A stretch of 64,000 bases of DNA, from NCBI GenBank assembly GCA_023150845.1, contig JAKLKD010000003.1, forward strand, positions 6,847 to 70,846, written 5' to 3'. This DNA comes from Myxococcota bacterium. GTDB taxonomy: Bacteria > Myxococcota_A > UBA796 > CAJQPC01. Under the pieces are notes generated by a model that was given only the letters and a program-made list of their open reading frames with translations, made no database searches and was not told the DNA's origin. Below, in pieces: positions 6,170 to 13,651 of this stretch; the stretch's first letter is position 1; each line of letters begins with the position of its first letter. The position numbers were made by a program, and so were the translations under genes.

Positions 6170-6389
6170 GTCCCAAAATCTTGGGGTCGGCGTGGCGACG
6201 GTCCGAGGTTGTGCTACGCTGTTCCCGATGTCGCCCATGAACGCCAACACCCAGACTACGACTACCCTGCCTCTCGGCGGGCTCGTGGTCGTGTCGGCGC
6301 GTTAGCGACGTCCTCACCACCCAGCGCCTCGCCGACGAACGGCGAGGCCCTCGCGGTGTCGTCGCTCGTCGGTCCAACAGGAGACCGAC

Positions 6390-7595
6390 ATGAACAAGCT
6401 CCCTGAAGATCATCGTGTCATCGCTCGCCGCCTCGACCTGCTGCACTTCCAAGAGGAGGCGCCAGGCATGGTGTTCTGGCATCCCCCTGGCTTCACGCTC
6501 CTCCGGGTGCTGGAGGAGGCCTCCCGCGCCGCCTCCGCCCGGGAGGGCTACGTCGAGGTCCGTACACCTCAGGTGCTTCGCGCGCCGATCTGGGCGCAGA
6601 GCGGCCACTGGGAGCACTTCCAGGACGCCATGTTCCGGGTGGGGGACGCCGACGTCCCCGCCGCGCTCAAGCCCGTGAGCTGCCCAGCGCACATCAGCAT
6701 CGTGAACCGACGATCCTTGTCGTGGCGGGAGCTGCCGCTCCGGATCGCGGAGCTCGGCCTCGTGCACCGTGACGAGCAGCAGGGCGCGCTCTGCGGGCTC
6801 CTCCGCCTGCGCCAGTTCACACAAGACGACGGCCACATCTTCTGTGAGCCACACCAGCTCGTCGAGGAGATACGCCGGTTCTGCGCGTCGATCGGGCCGT
6901 TCTACGCGGCCTTCGGCTTTGACCGGGTCGAGGTCGGGCTCTCGACGAGGCCCCCGGCGCGGCTCGGCGACGACGCGGGCTGGGACTTCGCCGAGGCGGC
7001 CTTGGCCGAGGGCGCGGCGCTGGCGGGGCTCCACCCCATGATTCAGCCCGGTGAAGGCGCGTTTTATGGGCCGAAGCTGGAGTTTGTGCTCATCGACGAC
7101 GCCGGACGGCGCTGGCAGTGCGGGACGATGCAGGTGGACCTCGTGATGCCTGAGCGGTTTGACGTGGAGTACGTCGGCCGCGACGGCGCGCGGCGTCGGC
7201 CGGTGATGCTGCACCGGGCCCGGTATGGCAGCCTGGAGCGCTTCATGGGCCTGCTCTTGGAGCATCACCAGGGTCGCCTGCCAGGCTGGCTGGCGCCGGT
7301 CCAGTGCTGGGTGCTGCCGATCAGCGCGGAGCATGAGCCTTGGGCGGAGCACGTCCGGGCGACGCTCGCCGCCGCTGGGCGACGGGTGGAGCTGCGGCCC
7401 TCGGACCAGTCCTTGGGGCGTCGTGTCGCCGAGGCCCACCAGCAGGGCATCCCCGCGGTGCTCGTCGTCGGCGGGCGCGAGGTCGCCGCGCGCTCGGTCG
7501 CCTGGCGTCAGGCCGCCGGGGGCTCGTCGCCGACGCCGCTGGAGGAGGCCGTGGCGCGCCTGAACGCGCTCTGTCGTTGCCCCCTGGAGCCGTGA
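6390..7595 (+). CDS. thrS: threonyl-tRNA synthetase paralog: catalytic core + anticodon-binding domain only (no TGS/editing region)
   Basis: Collinear from residue 1 with the E. coli ThrRS catalytic domain as I recall it. Matches: [25 protein letters not shown] vs [33 protein letters not shown] vs [18 protein letters not shown] vs [22 protein letters not shown] vs [18 protein letters not shown]. The Cys/His/His zinc-ligand positions are kept. 401 aa equals the length of E. coli ThrRS minus its N-terminal ~240 aa. AGGAGA lies 6 nt upstream of the ATG. Confidence 0.88.
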   Translation: [401 protein letters not shown]

Positions 7596-7637
7596 GCGGC
7601 CAGGGTGCTATGCTGGGGCTCCCCGGAGCCCCAGCCT

Positions 7638-8312
7638 ATGCGCGCCAGCAGCCCCCGTCGTAAAGCCCTCACCGCCCTCGGCGTCTGGTTCGCCGTCAAC
7701 ATCGTGCTCGCCGCGCTCTTCGTGGGCCTGAACCTCGCCTATCGGTCCGGCGTCGACGCGGTCGAGTTTAAGGGTGGGGTCGCCAGCTTCGACCGAGAGT
7801 TTGACGGGGCGCTCTTCGGCATCGACGACGAGCGGGCCTACCGGGTGAGCGCCTCCGGCGACATCGCCGTGGTGAAGATCAAGCCGGGCACGCCGCCGTT
7901 TCGGCCGGTCTGCGGCACGACGAGCCTCGACGGCAGCCTCATCAACCTCGCGATGTACCAGCGGGGCGACTGGGTCTACAGCGGCTACCCCGAGTTCGAC
8001 GGCGTCGACGCCTACAACGTGCGAACGGGGGAGACGCTCTCGGTGAGCGCCCCGACCCCGGCGCCGGGCAAGATGACCGATCCGGCGACCATCGCCGAGT
8101 ACCGCAGCCGAGGGCTCACCTTCGCGGCGGCCAACAAGCTCACGGTGGAGCGCGTCGTGCGTGGCCACCGGCAGCTCGCCTCCATCGAGGAGAGCTGCGT
8201 GGTGTTTAACGCCGCGTTCTTTCTGCTCTTCGGCGCCTCGGCCGTCGCCGGGCTGTGGCTGACGGCGCGGGCGCTTATGGCGAAGAGTGAGCCTACTGCT
8301 CCATCAGCTTGA
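7638..8312 (+). CDS. hypothetical membrane protein (TM helices at the N- and C-terminus)
   Basis: ALTALGVWFAVNIVLAALFVGLNLAY and FNAAFFLLFGASAVAGLWLTA hydrophobic helices. No family recognised. The start is placed at the ATG at 7638 rather than the tracked 7605. Confidence 0.55.
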   Translation: MRASSPRRKALTALGVWFAVNIVLAALFVGLNLAYRSGVDAVEFKGGVASFDREFDGALFGIDDERAYRVSASGDIAVVKIKPGTPPFRPVCGTTSLDGSLINLAMYQRGDWVYSGYPEFDGVDAYNVRTGETLSVSAPTPAPGKMTDPATIAEYRSRGLTFAAANKLTVERVVRGHRQLASIEESCVVFNAAFFLLFGASAVAGLWLTARALMAKSEPTAPSA

Positions 8313-8832
8313 CGACGAGCTGGTAGCCGCTCTCGATCTCCGAGGCGCTCATCTTGCCCTTCTTGACGTACTGAACCGTGGCGGTCTTGTCCAAGATGAC
8401 GACGACGGACTGCTCGTTGCAGTCGCCGAGGCCCCAGGCCGTGGCGAGGATCCGGTCGGGGTCGGTGAGGATGGTGGCGCCGTACTTCTCGATCTTCTTG
8501 CGCACGACGGAGCGGATGACCTCATCGGGGAGCCAGGTCTCCTTGAGGTTCGCGACGCCGACGCCGCGGTACTTCGTCTTGTCGAGGTTCGCGGCCTTGA
8601 GCTTGTCGGCGAAGGCGTCGTTCATGTCGGAGACGTCGGGGTCGGAGTAGAACACCGCGACGACCTTCGAGCCGATGTCGGGGATCTTCGCGGGCTTGTC
8701 GTTCGCGTCACGAAGCTCAGGGTTCGAGACCTTCTGGCCGACGGTGGCGGCGATGGCGTCCAGGCCGCTGACGAGCAGGCCGAAGAAGGAGACGGCGAGG
8801 AGGCCTTGGGCGAGGGCGCGACGGGTGAACAT
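8293..8832 (-). CDS. secreted YtfJ-like / thioredoxin-fold protein
   Basis: Signal-like N-terminus (LLAVSFFGLLVSG). The overall pattern resembles the YtfJ/HI0045 family, from memory only. No redox CxxC. Confidence 0.5.
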   Translation of the reverse strand: MFTRRALAQGLLAVSFFGLLVSGLDAIAATVGQKVSNPELRDANDKPAKIPDIGSKVVAVFYSDPDVSDMNDAFADKLKAANLDKTKYRGVGVANLKETWLPDEVIRSVVRKKIEKYGATILTDPDRILATAWGLGDCNEQSVVVILDKTATVQYVKKGKMSASEIESGYQLVVKLMEQ

Positions 8833-8996
8833 GTGCAGAACTCCGGTTGAACGGGAACAGGCAGCTTAGCATACCCACGAGCGAAAGATTGCATTCCCTG
8901 TGGGGTTTGGTCCGCGCTTGGCGGCGAAGGATCACCGATGGGACCTGTCCTGGCGCAGGTCGTTGGGCGAGAGGGCCCGGTTCACTTCTTCTTGTC

Positions 8997-9025
8997 TTGA
9001 CGTGGCGCCGCTTCTCTGGTAATAG
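8997..9025 (+). promoter_or_regulatory. candidate sigma70-type promoter (TTGACG - 17 nt - TAATAG) for the thioredoxin-cytochrome gene
   Basis: TTGACG at 8997-9002, a 17-nt spacer, TAATAG at 9020-9025. The Fur-box-like palindrome follows immediately downstream and overlaps it. Confidence 0.35.
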
Positions 9026-9043
9026 ATAATGAAAGTCATTATC
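9025..9043. promoter_or_regulatory. Fur-box-like palindrome
   Basis: GATAATGAAAGTCATTATC matches the classical 19-bp Fur consensus GATAATGATAATCATTATC at 17 of 19 positions. It sits in an AT-rich patch of the divergent intergenic region 8833-9202. Confidence 0.6.
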
Positions 9044-9202
9044 AATAACGCGCCTCCTCCTCCCCGTCGATGGGTGTCTCCGTCCCAAGCTGTGTGGTGT
9101 GGTCTTCTGGGCAGCTCGGGTGAACTTTACGGTGGCCTGTACGGCGGGGAGGTGGAGGGCTCTCTTGGGCGAAGGCCCGCGGGGGAGGTTAGGCTCTAGG
9201 GG

Positions 9203-10603
9203 ATGACGCTCCCCTCGTGGCTCACCCCTCGTTGGCTCCTGCTGCCTCTCGCCGCGCTCCTCGTCGCGGGCGGGAAGGCCGCCGTTGACGCTCGCGGCTG
9301 GAAGCTCGGCACCCCGGCGCAGAACACCGCGGCGGTCTTCGCGCCGACGGAGGACACGCCCCTCACGCTGCCCGCGCGCTTCAACGCCATGATCACGCGG
9401 CCGACGTACTTCTTCTACTACTCGCCCACCTGCGGCCACTGCCAGAAGGCGATCCCCGAGGTGGTGGAGCTCCACGCCCGCCTCAAGGATCGGCTCGACT
9501 TCGTCGCCGTCGCGTCCTCGATGGCCACGGCCCAGCAGATCGCGGCGTTCAACGAGGTCTATGGCGTGACCTTCCCGACGGTTCACGACCACGACGGGGA
9601 GTTCGCCCGGGCCATCGCCGCGCGCTCGACGCCGACGGCCTTGGTCGCCGCCCCCGGCGCTGAAGACGGCGCCATCGTGCGCCGCCTGGGCTTTTACCCC
9701 TGGTTCCCCGGGGCCTCGGCGCTGTTGATCCTCAAGCTCTGGCCCGAGGAGGGCTTCGCGCTGGCCTTCCCGAAGGACGTCTACCAGGGCGGCACGGCCT
9801 GCGCGATCTGCCACACCGAGGAGGCTCGGGCCTGGTCGGTGAGCCACCACGCCATCGCGTACCGCACGCTCTACGCCCGGGACAAGGCCGAGGATCCCGC
9901 CTGCGTCGGCTGCCACGTCACCGGGATGGGGGAGCCCTCGGGCTTCACCCTGGGAGATCACGGCTCGGCGCTCACGAACGTCACCTGTGAGGCCTGTCAC
10001 GGCGCTGGCGGGCCCCACGACGGCGAGCGCGACGACGCCAGCGCCTCCTGCGTGGGCTGCCACGACGCCGAGCACTCCATCGCCTTCACGTTGCAGAAGG
10101 GCCTGCCCCACATCGACCACTACGCGGCGATGGGCCTCAGCGACCGGGAGCTCGACGAGCGCTGGACGGCGCTGACCTCGGGGGAGGCGCCGAAGCCGCT
10201 CCTCGCCTTCCCCGACGGCGCCTCTCAGGGGGCCAAGGCCTGCCAGAGCTGCCACCCCGACGAGGTGAAGGCCTGGCAGAGCTCAGGGCACGGCGAGGCC
10301 CGGGCGCTGCTCAAGGGCAAGGAGCAGCGGAACCCGGAGTGCCTCAGCTGCCACGCGACGCCGACGAGCTACAGCGCGGGCGTCGCGCCGGAGACCTTCC
10401 TCAGCGAGGGCGTCGGCTGCGAGACCTGCCACGGCCCCGGCGAGAAGCACGTCCAGGCGCCGAGCGCGTCGAACATCCTCGGCCTCGGCGAGAGCTGCCC
10501 GGAGTGTGTCATCGAGTCGGTGTGCACGAGCTGCCACACCCCTCAACAAGACGCGGACTGGGCGCTCCAGTCCCACCTCACGGCGATTCAGGGTCACCGC
10601 TGA
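9203..10603 (+). CDS. secreted thioredoxin-like (CGHC) domain fused to an octaheme c-type cytochrome domain
   Basis: Signal peptide, then YYSPTCGHCQKAIPE (TlpA/ResA-like). Eight CxxCH motifs follow: CAICH, CVGCH, CEACH, CVGCH, CQSCH, CLSCH, CETCH, CTSCH. Confidence 0.85.
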   Translation: MTLPSWLTPRWLLLPLAALLVAGGKAAVDARGWKLGTPAQNTAAVFAPTEDTPLTLPARFNAMITRPTYFFYYSPTCGHCQKAIPEVVELHARLKDRLDFVAVASSMATAQQIAAFNEVYGVTFPTVHDHDGEFARAIAARSTPTALVAAPGAEDGAIVRRLGFYPWFPGASALLILKLWPEEGFALAFPKDVYQGGTACAICHTEEARAWSVSHHAIAYRTLYARDKAEDPACVGCHVTGMGEPSGFTLGDHGSALTNVTCEACHGAGGPHDGERDDASASCVGCHDAEHSIAFTLQKGLPHIDHYAAMGLSDRELDERWTALTSGEAPKPLLAFPDGASQGAKACQSCHPDEVKAWQSSGHGEARALLKGKEQRNPECLSCHATPTSYSAGVAPETFLSEGVGCETCHGPGEKHVQAPSASNILGLGESCPECVIESVCTSCHTPQQDADWALQSHLTAIQGHR

Positions 10604-11618
10604 CGACGGCGGTGGCCGTCGAGGCGCCGCTCTGGGCGCGGATCCACTCGTCCAGGGCGCCCCAGCGGGTGAGCAGCCAACGGTAGCGGGCGGCGGGGTC
10701 CGTGGGGATCTCCGCGGCGGGCACCCGCTCAAACCGCACCTTCACGACCTTATCGACGAGCTCACCCCGGGCGAGGTCGGCCAAGGTGCGCGCGCCCTCC
10801 AGGCCGGTGTGGGCGCAGAAGACGACGTCGAGGGAGGGGTTGGCGTCGAGGATCGCCAGCACGCCGCCGGGCTTCGGGGCCAAGGTCACCTGAAGGGCTC
10901 GGGCGAGGGCCTGGACGTCCTCGGGCTGGTTGGCGAGCTCGGAGAGGCGGGCGGCCTGTCGGGAGGGCGAGAAGCGGGTGCCTTCGGGGTAGAGCACGAG
11001 GGCCTCGTCTACGCCCATGCCGACGGAGAGCGCGCGCACCCGCTCAACCTCCCCGGCGTCCCCGCGGCGCACAAAGACGTTCGGCACCCGCTGGCCGATG
11101 ACGTCGATGCAGGGGTCCCAGAGCAGCTCGGACTTGAGCACATAGCGCAGGTTCATCCCCAGCCCCGCCGAGAGCAGGGCCACGGGGAGGATGGTGTCCG
11201 CGGTGCTCGCGTGGCGCACGAGGAGCAGGGTCGGGCCCGGGCGGCACTCGTCGAGGCCCTGGACGTCCCAGGTGAGGTTGAACAGGGCGCTCAAGGCCCC
11301 GCAGAGGGCGGAGTTCCAGCGGCGCTGCAAGGTGTAGCTGGCCTCAACCAGGGCGGGGCCCGAGGTCACGAGCGCGATCCACCCCGCGCCGAGGAGCCCC
11401 AGGAGCTCGCAGGCGAGGTAAGCCCCGAACATCAAGAGCGCGCGGGTGACGGCGAGCTTGCGGGGCCGCACCAGCTCCGCGAGGAGCGAGACGAGGAGCA
11501 GCGGCAGCGCGGCGGCGGCGAGGGCCCAGGAGGCGAGCACGAGCGCCGAGATGGAGATTCCGCGGCGGCGCCAGCGGTCAGGATCGTCCGCCACTGGGGC
11601 CACGAGGGGCTCGGCCAT
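10578..11618 (-). CDS. lysophospholipid (PlsC-type) acyltransferase family membrane protein
   Basis: HxxxxD block (VRHASTAD) and YPEGTR block; N-terminal TM helices. The start is set at MAEPLV (cat at 11616-11618). Confidence 0.7.
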   Translation of the reverse strand: MAEPLVAPVADDPDRWRRRGISISALVLASWALAAAALPLLLVSLLAELVRPRKLAVTRALLMFGAYLACELLGLLGAGWIALVTSGPALVEASYTLQRRWNSALCGALSALFNLTWDVQGLDECRPGPTLLLVRHASTADTILPVALLSAGLGMNLRYVLKSELLWDPCIDVIGQRVPNVFVRRGDAGEVERVRALSVGMGVDEALVLYPEGTRFSPSRQAARLSELANQPEDVQALARALQVTLAPKPGGVLAILDANPSLDVVFCAHTGLEGARTLADLARGELVDKVVKVRFERVPAAEIPTDPAARYRWLLTRWGALDEWIRAQSGASTATAVVSGDPESP

Positions 11619-11685
11619 ATACGCTCCGAGGTTGAGCACTCAGTGTACAACAGGCGCGCGGCGCGCAGAGAGGATAGCCGTGGGC

Positions 11686-12564
11686 ATGGCCCATGACCCC
11701 GGCGCCCGCGCCAACCTCGTCGGACTGCTCACCAACGTCGGCTTGACCGTGCTCAAGCTCGTCGTGGGGGTCGGCGCGGGCAGCGACGCGCTCTTGGCGG
11801 ACGCCTTCAACAGCGCCGGGGACATCCTCGCCACGGCCATCGGCGCCGTGGGGTACCGCCTCGCCCAGAGCCCCGCTGACGAGGATCATCATTATGGCCA
11901 CGGCAACGCGGAGTCCGTCGCGGGGCTGATCATCGGGGCGATGCTCTTCGGGACCGGCGTGTTCATCGCGCTCGACGGCGGCGTGGCGCTCCTCCGGGCC
12001 GAGGCCAAGGTGCCCGCGGTGTCCGCGGCCTGGGCGGCGCTCGGCACGGTGATCGTGAAGGAGGCGCTCTACCGCTACACCCGCCGGGTAGGGGAGGCGC
12101 TCAACGCCCCGTCGCTCTTGGCCAGCGCCCGGGACCACCGCGGCGACGTCTTGGCGAGCAGCGCCGTGCTCCTCGGTGTGCTCGGCGCGCGCTCGGGCCT
12201 GCCGTGGCTCGACCCCTTGGCGGCGGTGCTCATCGGCGTGACCATCATGGGCCTCGCGGTGAAGCCCCTGCGGGAGAACTTCGGCGTGCTGATGGACGAG
12301 TCGTCCCCGGAGCTCGCCGCGGCCATCGCCGAGGTCGCCCGCAAAGATCCCGACGTGCGCGGCGTCGATAAAGTCGGCGTGCACACCTTGGGCGCCTACC
12401 ACGTCATCGACCTGGAGATCTCCGTGGACGGGGCCCTGCGCCTCACCGACGCCCACACCATCGCCCATCGCGTCGCCGACCGGGTTCGAGACGAGGTGGA
12501 CCACGTCCGGGAGGTCAAGGTGCACGTCAACCCGAGCGAGGCCCCCGCCGCCGAAGGGCGCTGA
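11686..12564 (+). CDS. cation diffusion facilitator (CDF) family metal efflux transporter
   Basis: LADAFNSAGD, DEDHHYGHGNAE and SARDHRGDVLAS motifs, six hydrophobic segments and a C-terminal cytoplasmic domain (HVIDLEI..H.IAHRV). The start is set at MAHDPG; the upstream part of the tracked ORF overlaps the divergent gene. Confidence 0.85.
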   Translation: MAHDPGARANLVGLLTNVGLTVLKLVVGVGAGSDALLADAFNSAGDILATAIGAVGYRLAQSPADEDHHYGHGNAESVAGLIIGAMLFGTGVFIALDGGVALLRAEAKVPAVSAAWAALGTVIVKEALYRYTRRVGEALNAPSLLASARDHRGDVLASSAVLLGVLGARSGLPWLDPLAAVLIGVTIMGLAVKPLRENFGVLMDESSPELAAAIAEVARKDPDVRGVDKVGVHTLGAYHVIDLEISVDGALRLTDAHTIAHRVADRVRDEVDHVREVKVHVNPSEAPAAEGR

Positions 12565-13588
12565 ACACCAAGGTCAGCCAGGCGATGGGGAGCAGCGGCG
12601 AGGCCGCGCAGGTGACGCCGCCGCAGTCGACACCGCCGCTGCACGAGGCCCCGCTCGACGAGGAGCCGCCGTCGCAGCCGCCGCCTGAGCTGGATCCGCC
12701 GTCGCAGCCGCCGCCCGACGAGGAGCCGCCGCCCGACGAGGAGCCGCCGCCCGAGCTGGATCCGCCGTCGCAGCCGCCTCCGTCGTCCGTCTCGCCCCCT
12801 CCGCTGGGCGCGCCGGGGGTCTCGGGGTCGTCTCCGTCGGCGAGCCCGTCGTTGTCATCGTCTTCGTCGTCGAGGTCAAGGAGGCCGTCGTTGTCGTCGT
12901 CGTCATCCTCGGGGTCGGGGATCCCGTCGAGGTCGGCGTCGGGCAGGTCTGCGCCGCCGCCGCCGCTGCAGCCGCCCGTGGTGACGGTGAGGCTCGCCGA
13001 GCCGCCGTCGAAGGTGACGTCGGGGAAGGGCCAGAGGTCGATGTAGACGACGTCCCGGGCGTCGATGACGCGGCCGAGCCAGAGCGCGTCGGGCAAGGCG
13101 ACGGTGAGGGTGTCGGCGAGGGGGTCACCTGGGGAGACGGCCACACCTTCGGGGCTGTCCGGCAGGCGCCCGGCGAGGAGCGAGTGGCCCTCCAGGACGA
13201 GCACCCAGTCGTCACCGTCTACGACGAGCTCCTGGGGGATCACGACGACGGAGGGGTTGAGCCCGATGGAGAACGGGGTGTTCCCGGCGAGCCCCTCAAG
13301 CACCAGCGAGCCCGCCACAGGGTCGTCCTCAAACCAAAGGCTCAGCCCGCACCAGCCCCCGGCGGGCAGCGGCAGCGGCAGCGGGGCGTCGGTCAAGAGC
13401 GTGAGGGGCCCGGGCACCTCAAGCTGCACGGCGCCGCCCGCGCAGTCATCGAGCCAGATCGCCGAGATCCGGGCCGTGGCCGAGGCGAGGGTGACCTCCG
13501 CGTCATCCAAGGCGACGACGTGCAGGTCGCCTGGCGCGGCGCAGCTCCCGAGGGTCAAGAGCGCGGCGTAGAAGAGGAGCCGGGGCAT
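12527..13588 (-). CDS. lipoprotein with acidic/Gly-Ser-Cys low-complexity region and a MYXO-CTERM-like sorting tail
   Basis: LLTLGSC lipobox; a DDDDDNDG acidic run; CDGGSSSGGG repeats. The C-terminus is ..CGGVTCAASPLLPIAWLTLVFSALRRRG (Cys region + TM + Arg cluster). Confidence 0.7.
   Translation of the reverse strand: MPRLLFYAALLTLGSCAAPGDLHVVALDDAEVTLASATARISAIWLDDCAGGAVQLEVPGPLTLLTDAPLPLPLPAGGWCGLSLWFEDDPVAGSLVLEGLAGNTPFSIGLNPSVVVIPQELVVDGDDWVLVLEGHSLLAGRLPDSPEGVAVSPGDPLADTLTVALPDALWLGRVIDARDVVYIDLWPFPDVTFDGGSASLTVTTGGCSGGGGADLPDADLDGIPDPEDDDDDNDGLLDLDDEDDDNDGLADGDDPETPGAPSGGGETDDGGGCDGGSSSGGGSSSGGGSSSGGGCDGGSSSGGGCDGGSSSSGASCSGGVDCGGVTCAASPLLPIAWLTLVFSALRRRGPRSG
12655..12778 (-). repeat. 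imperfect tandem coding repeats (CDGGSSSGGG units)
   Basis: Units such as gagctggatccgccgtcgcagccgcc and cgacgaggagccgccgcc are repeated on the plus strand. Confidence 0.6.
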
Positions 13589-13651
13589 GACCGCACCTCC
13601 GCGGACAGGAGCCCCGATCTTGCCACGCCGAAGCGTCGTTTTGGCGGAGGG

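Noticed and set aside
876-6406. Long ORFs on the opposite strand or in other frames across the array. Examples are 1165..2181 +, 2269..2958 +, 5273..6406 +, 876..1205 - and 4749..5135 -. Several contain a recurring SSPSQLES.PSS motif.
   Set aside because: They are Arg/Ala/Pro/Gly-rich shadow frames typical of high-GC DNA. The SSPSQLES motif is simply the antisense translation of the conserved DG.DSNCDGDD coding core, so its conservation is inherited from the minus-strand genes.
6147-7439. 430-aa ORF antisense to the ThrRS-like gene.
   Set aside because: Arg/Pro/Leu-rich with no recognisable motifs. The opposite strand carries an unambiguous class II aaRS.
8717-10255. 512-aa ORF antisense to the thioredoxin-octaheme gene.
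   Set aside because: Shadow ORF. The plus frame has a signal peptide, CGHC and eight CxxCH motifs.
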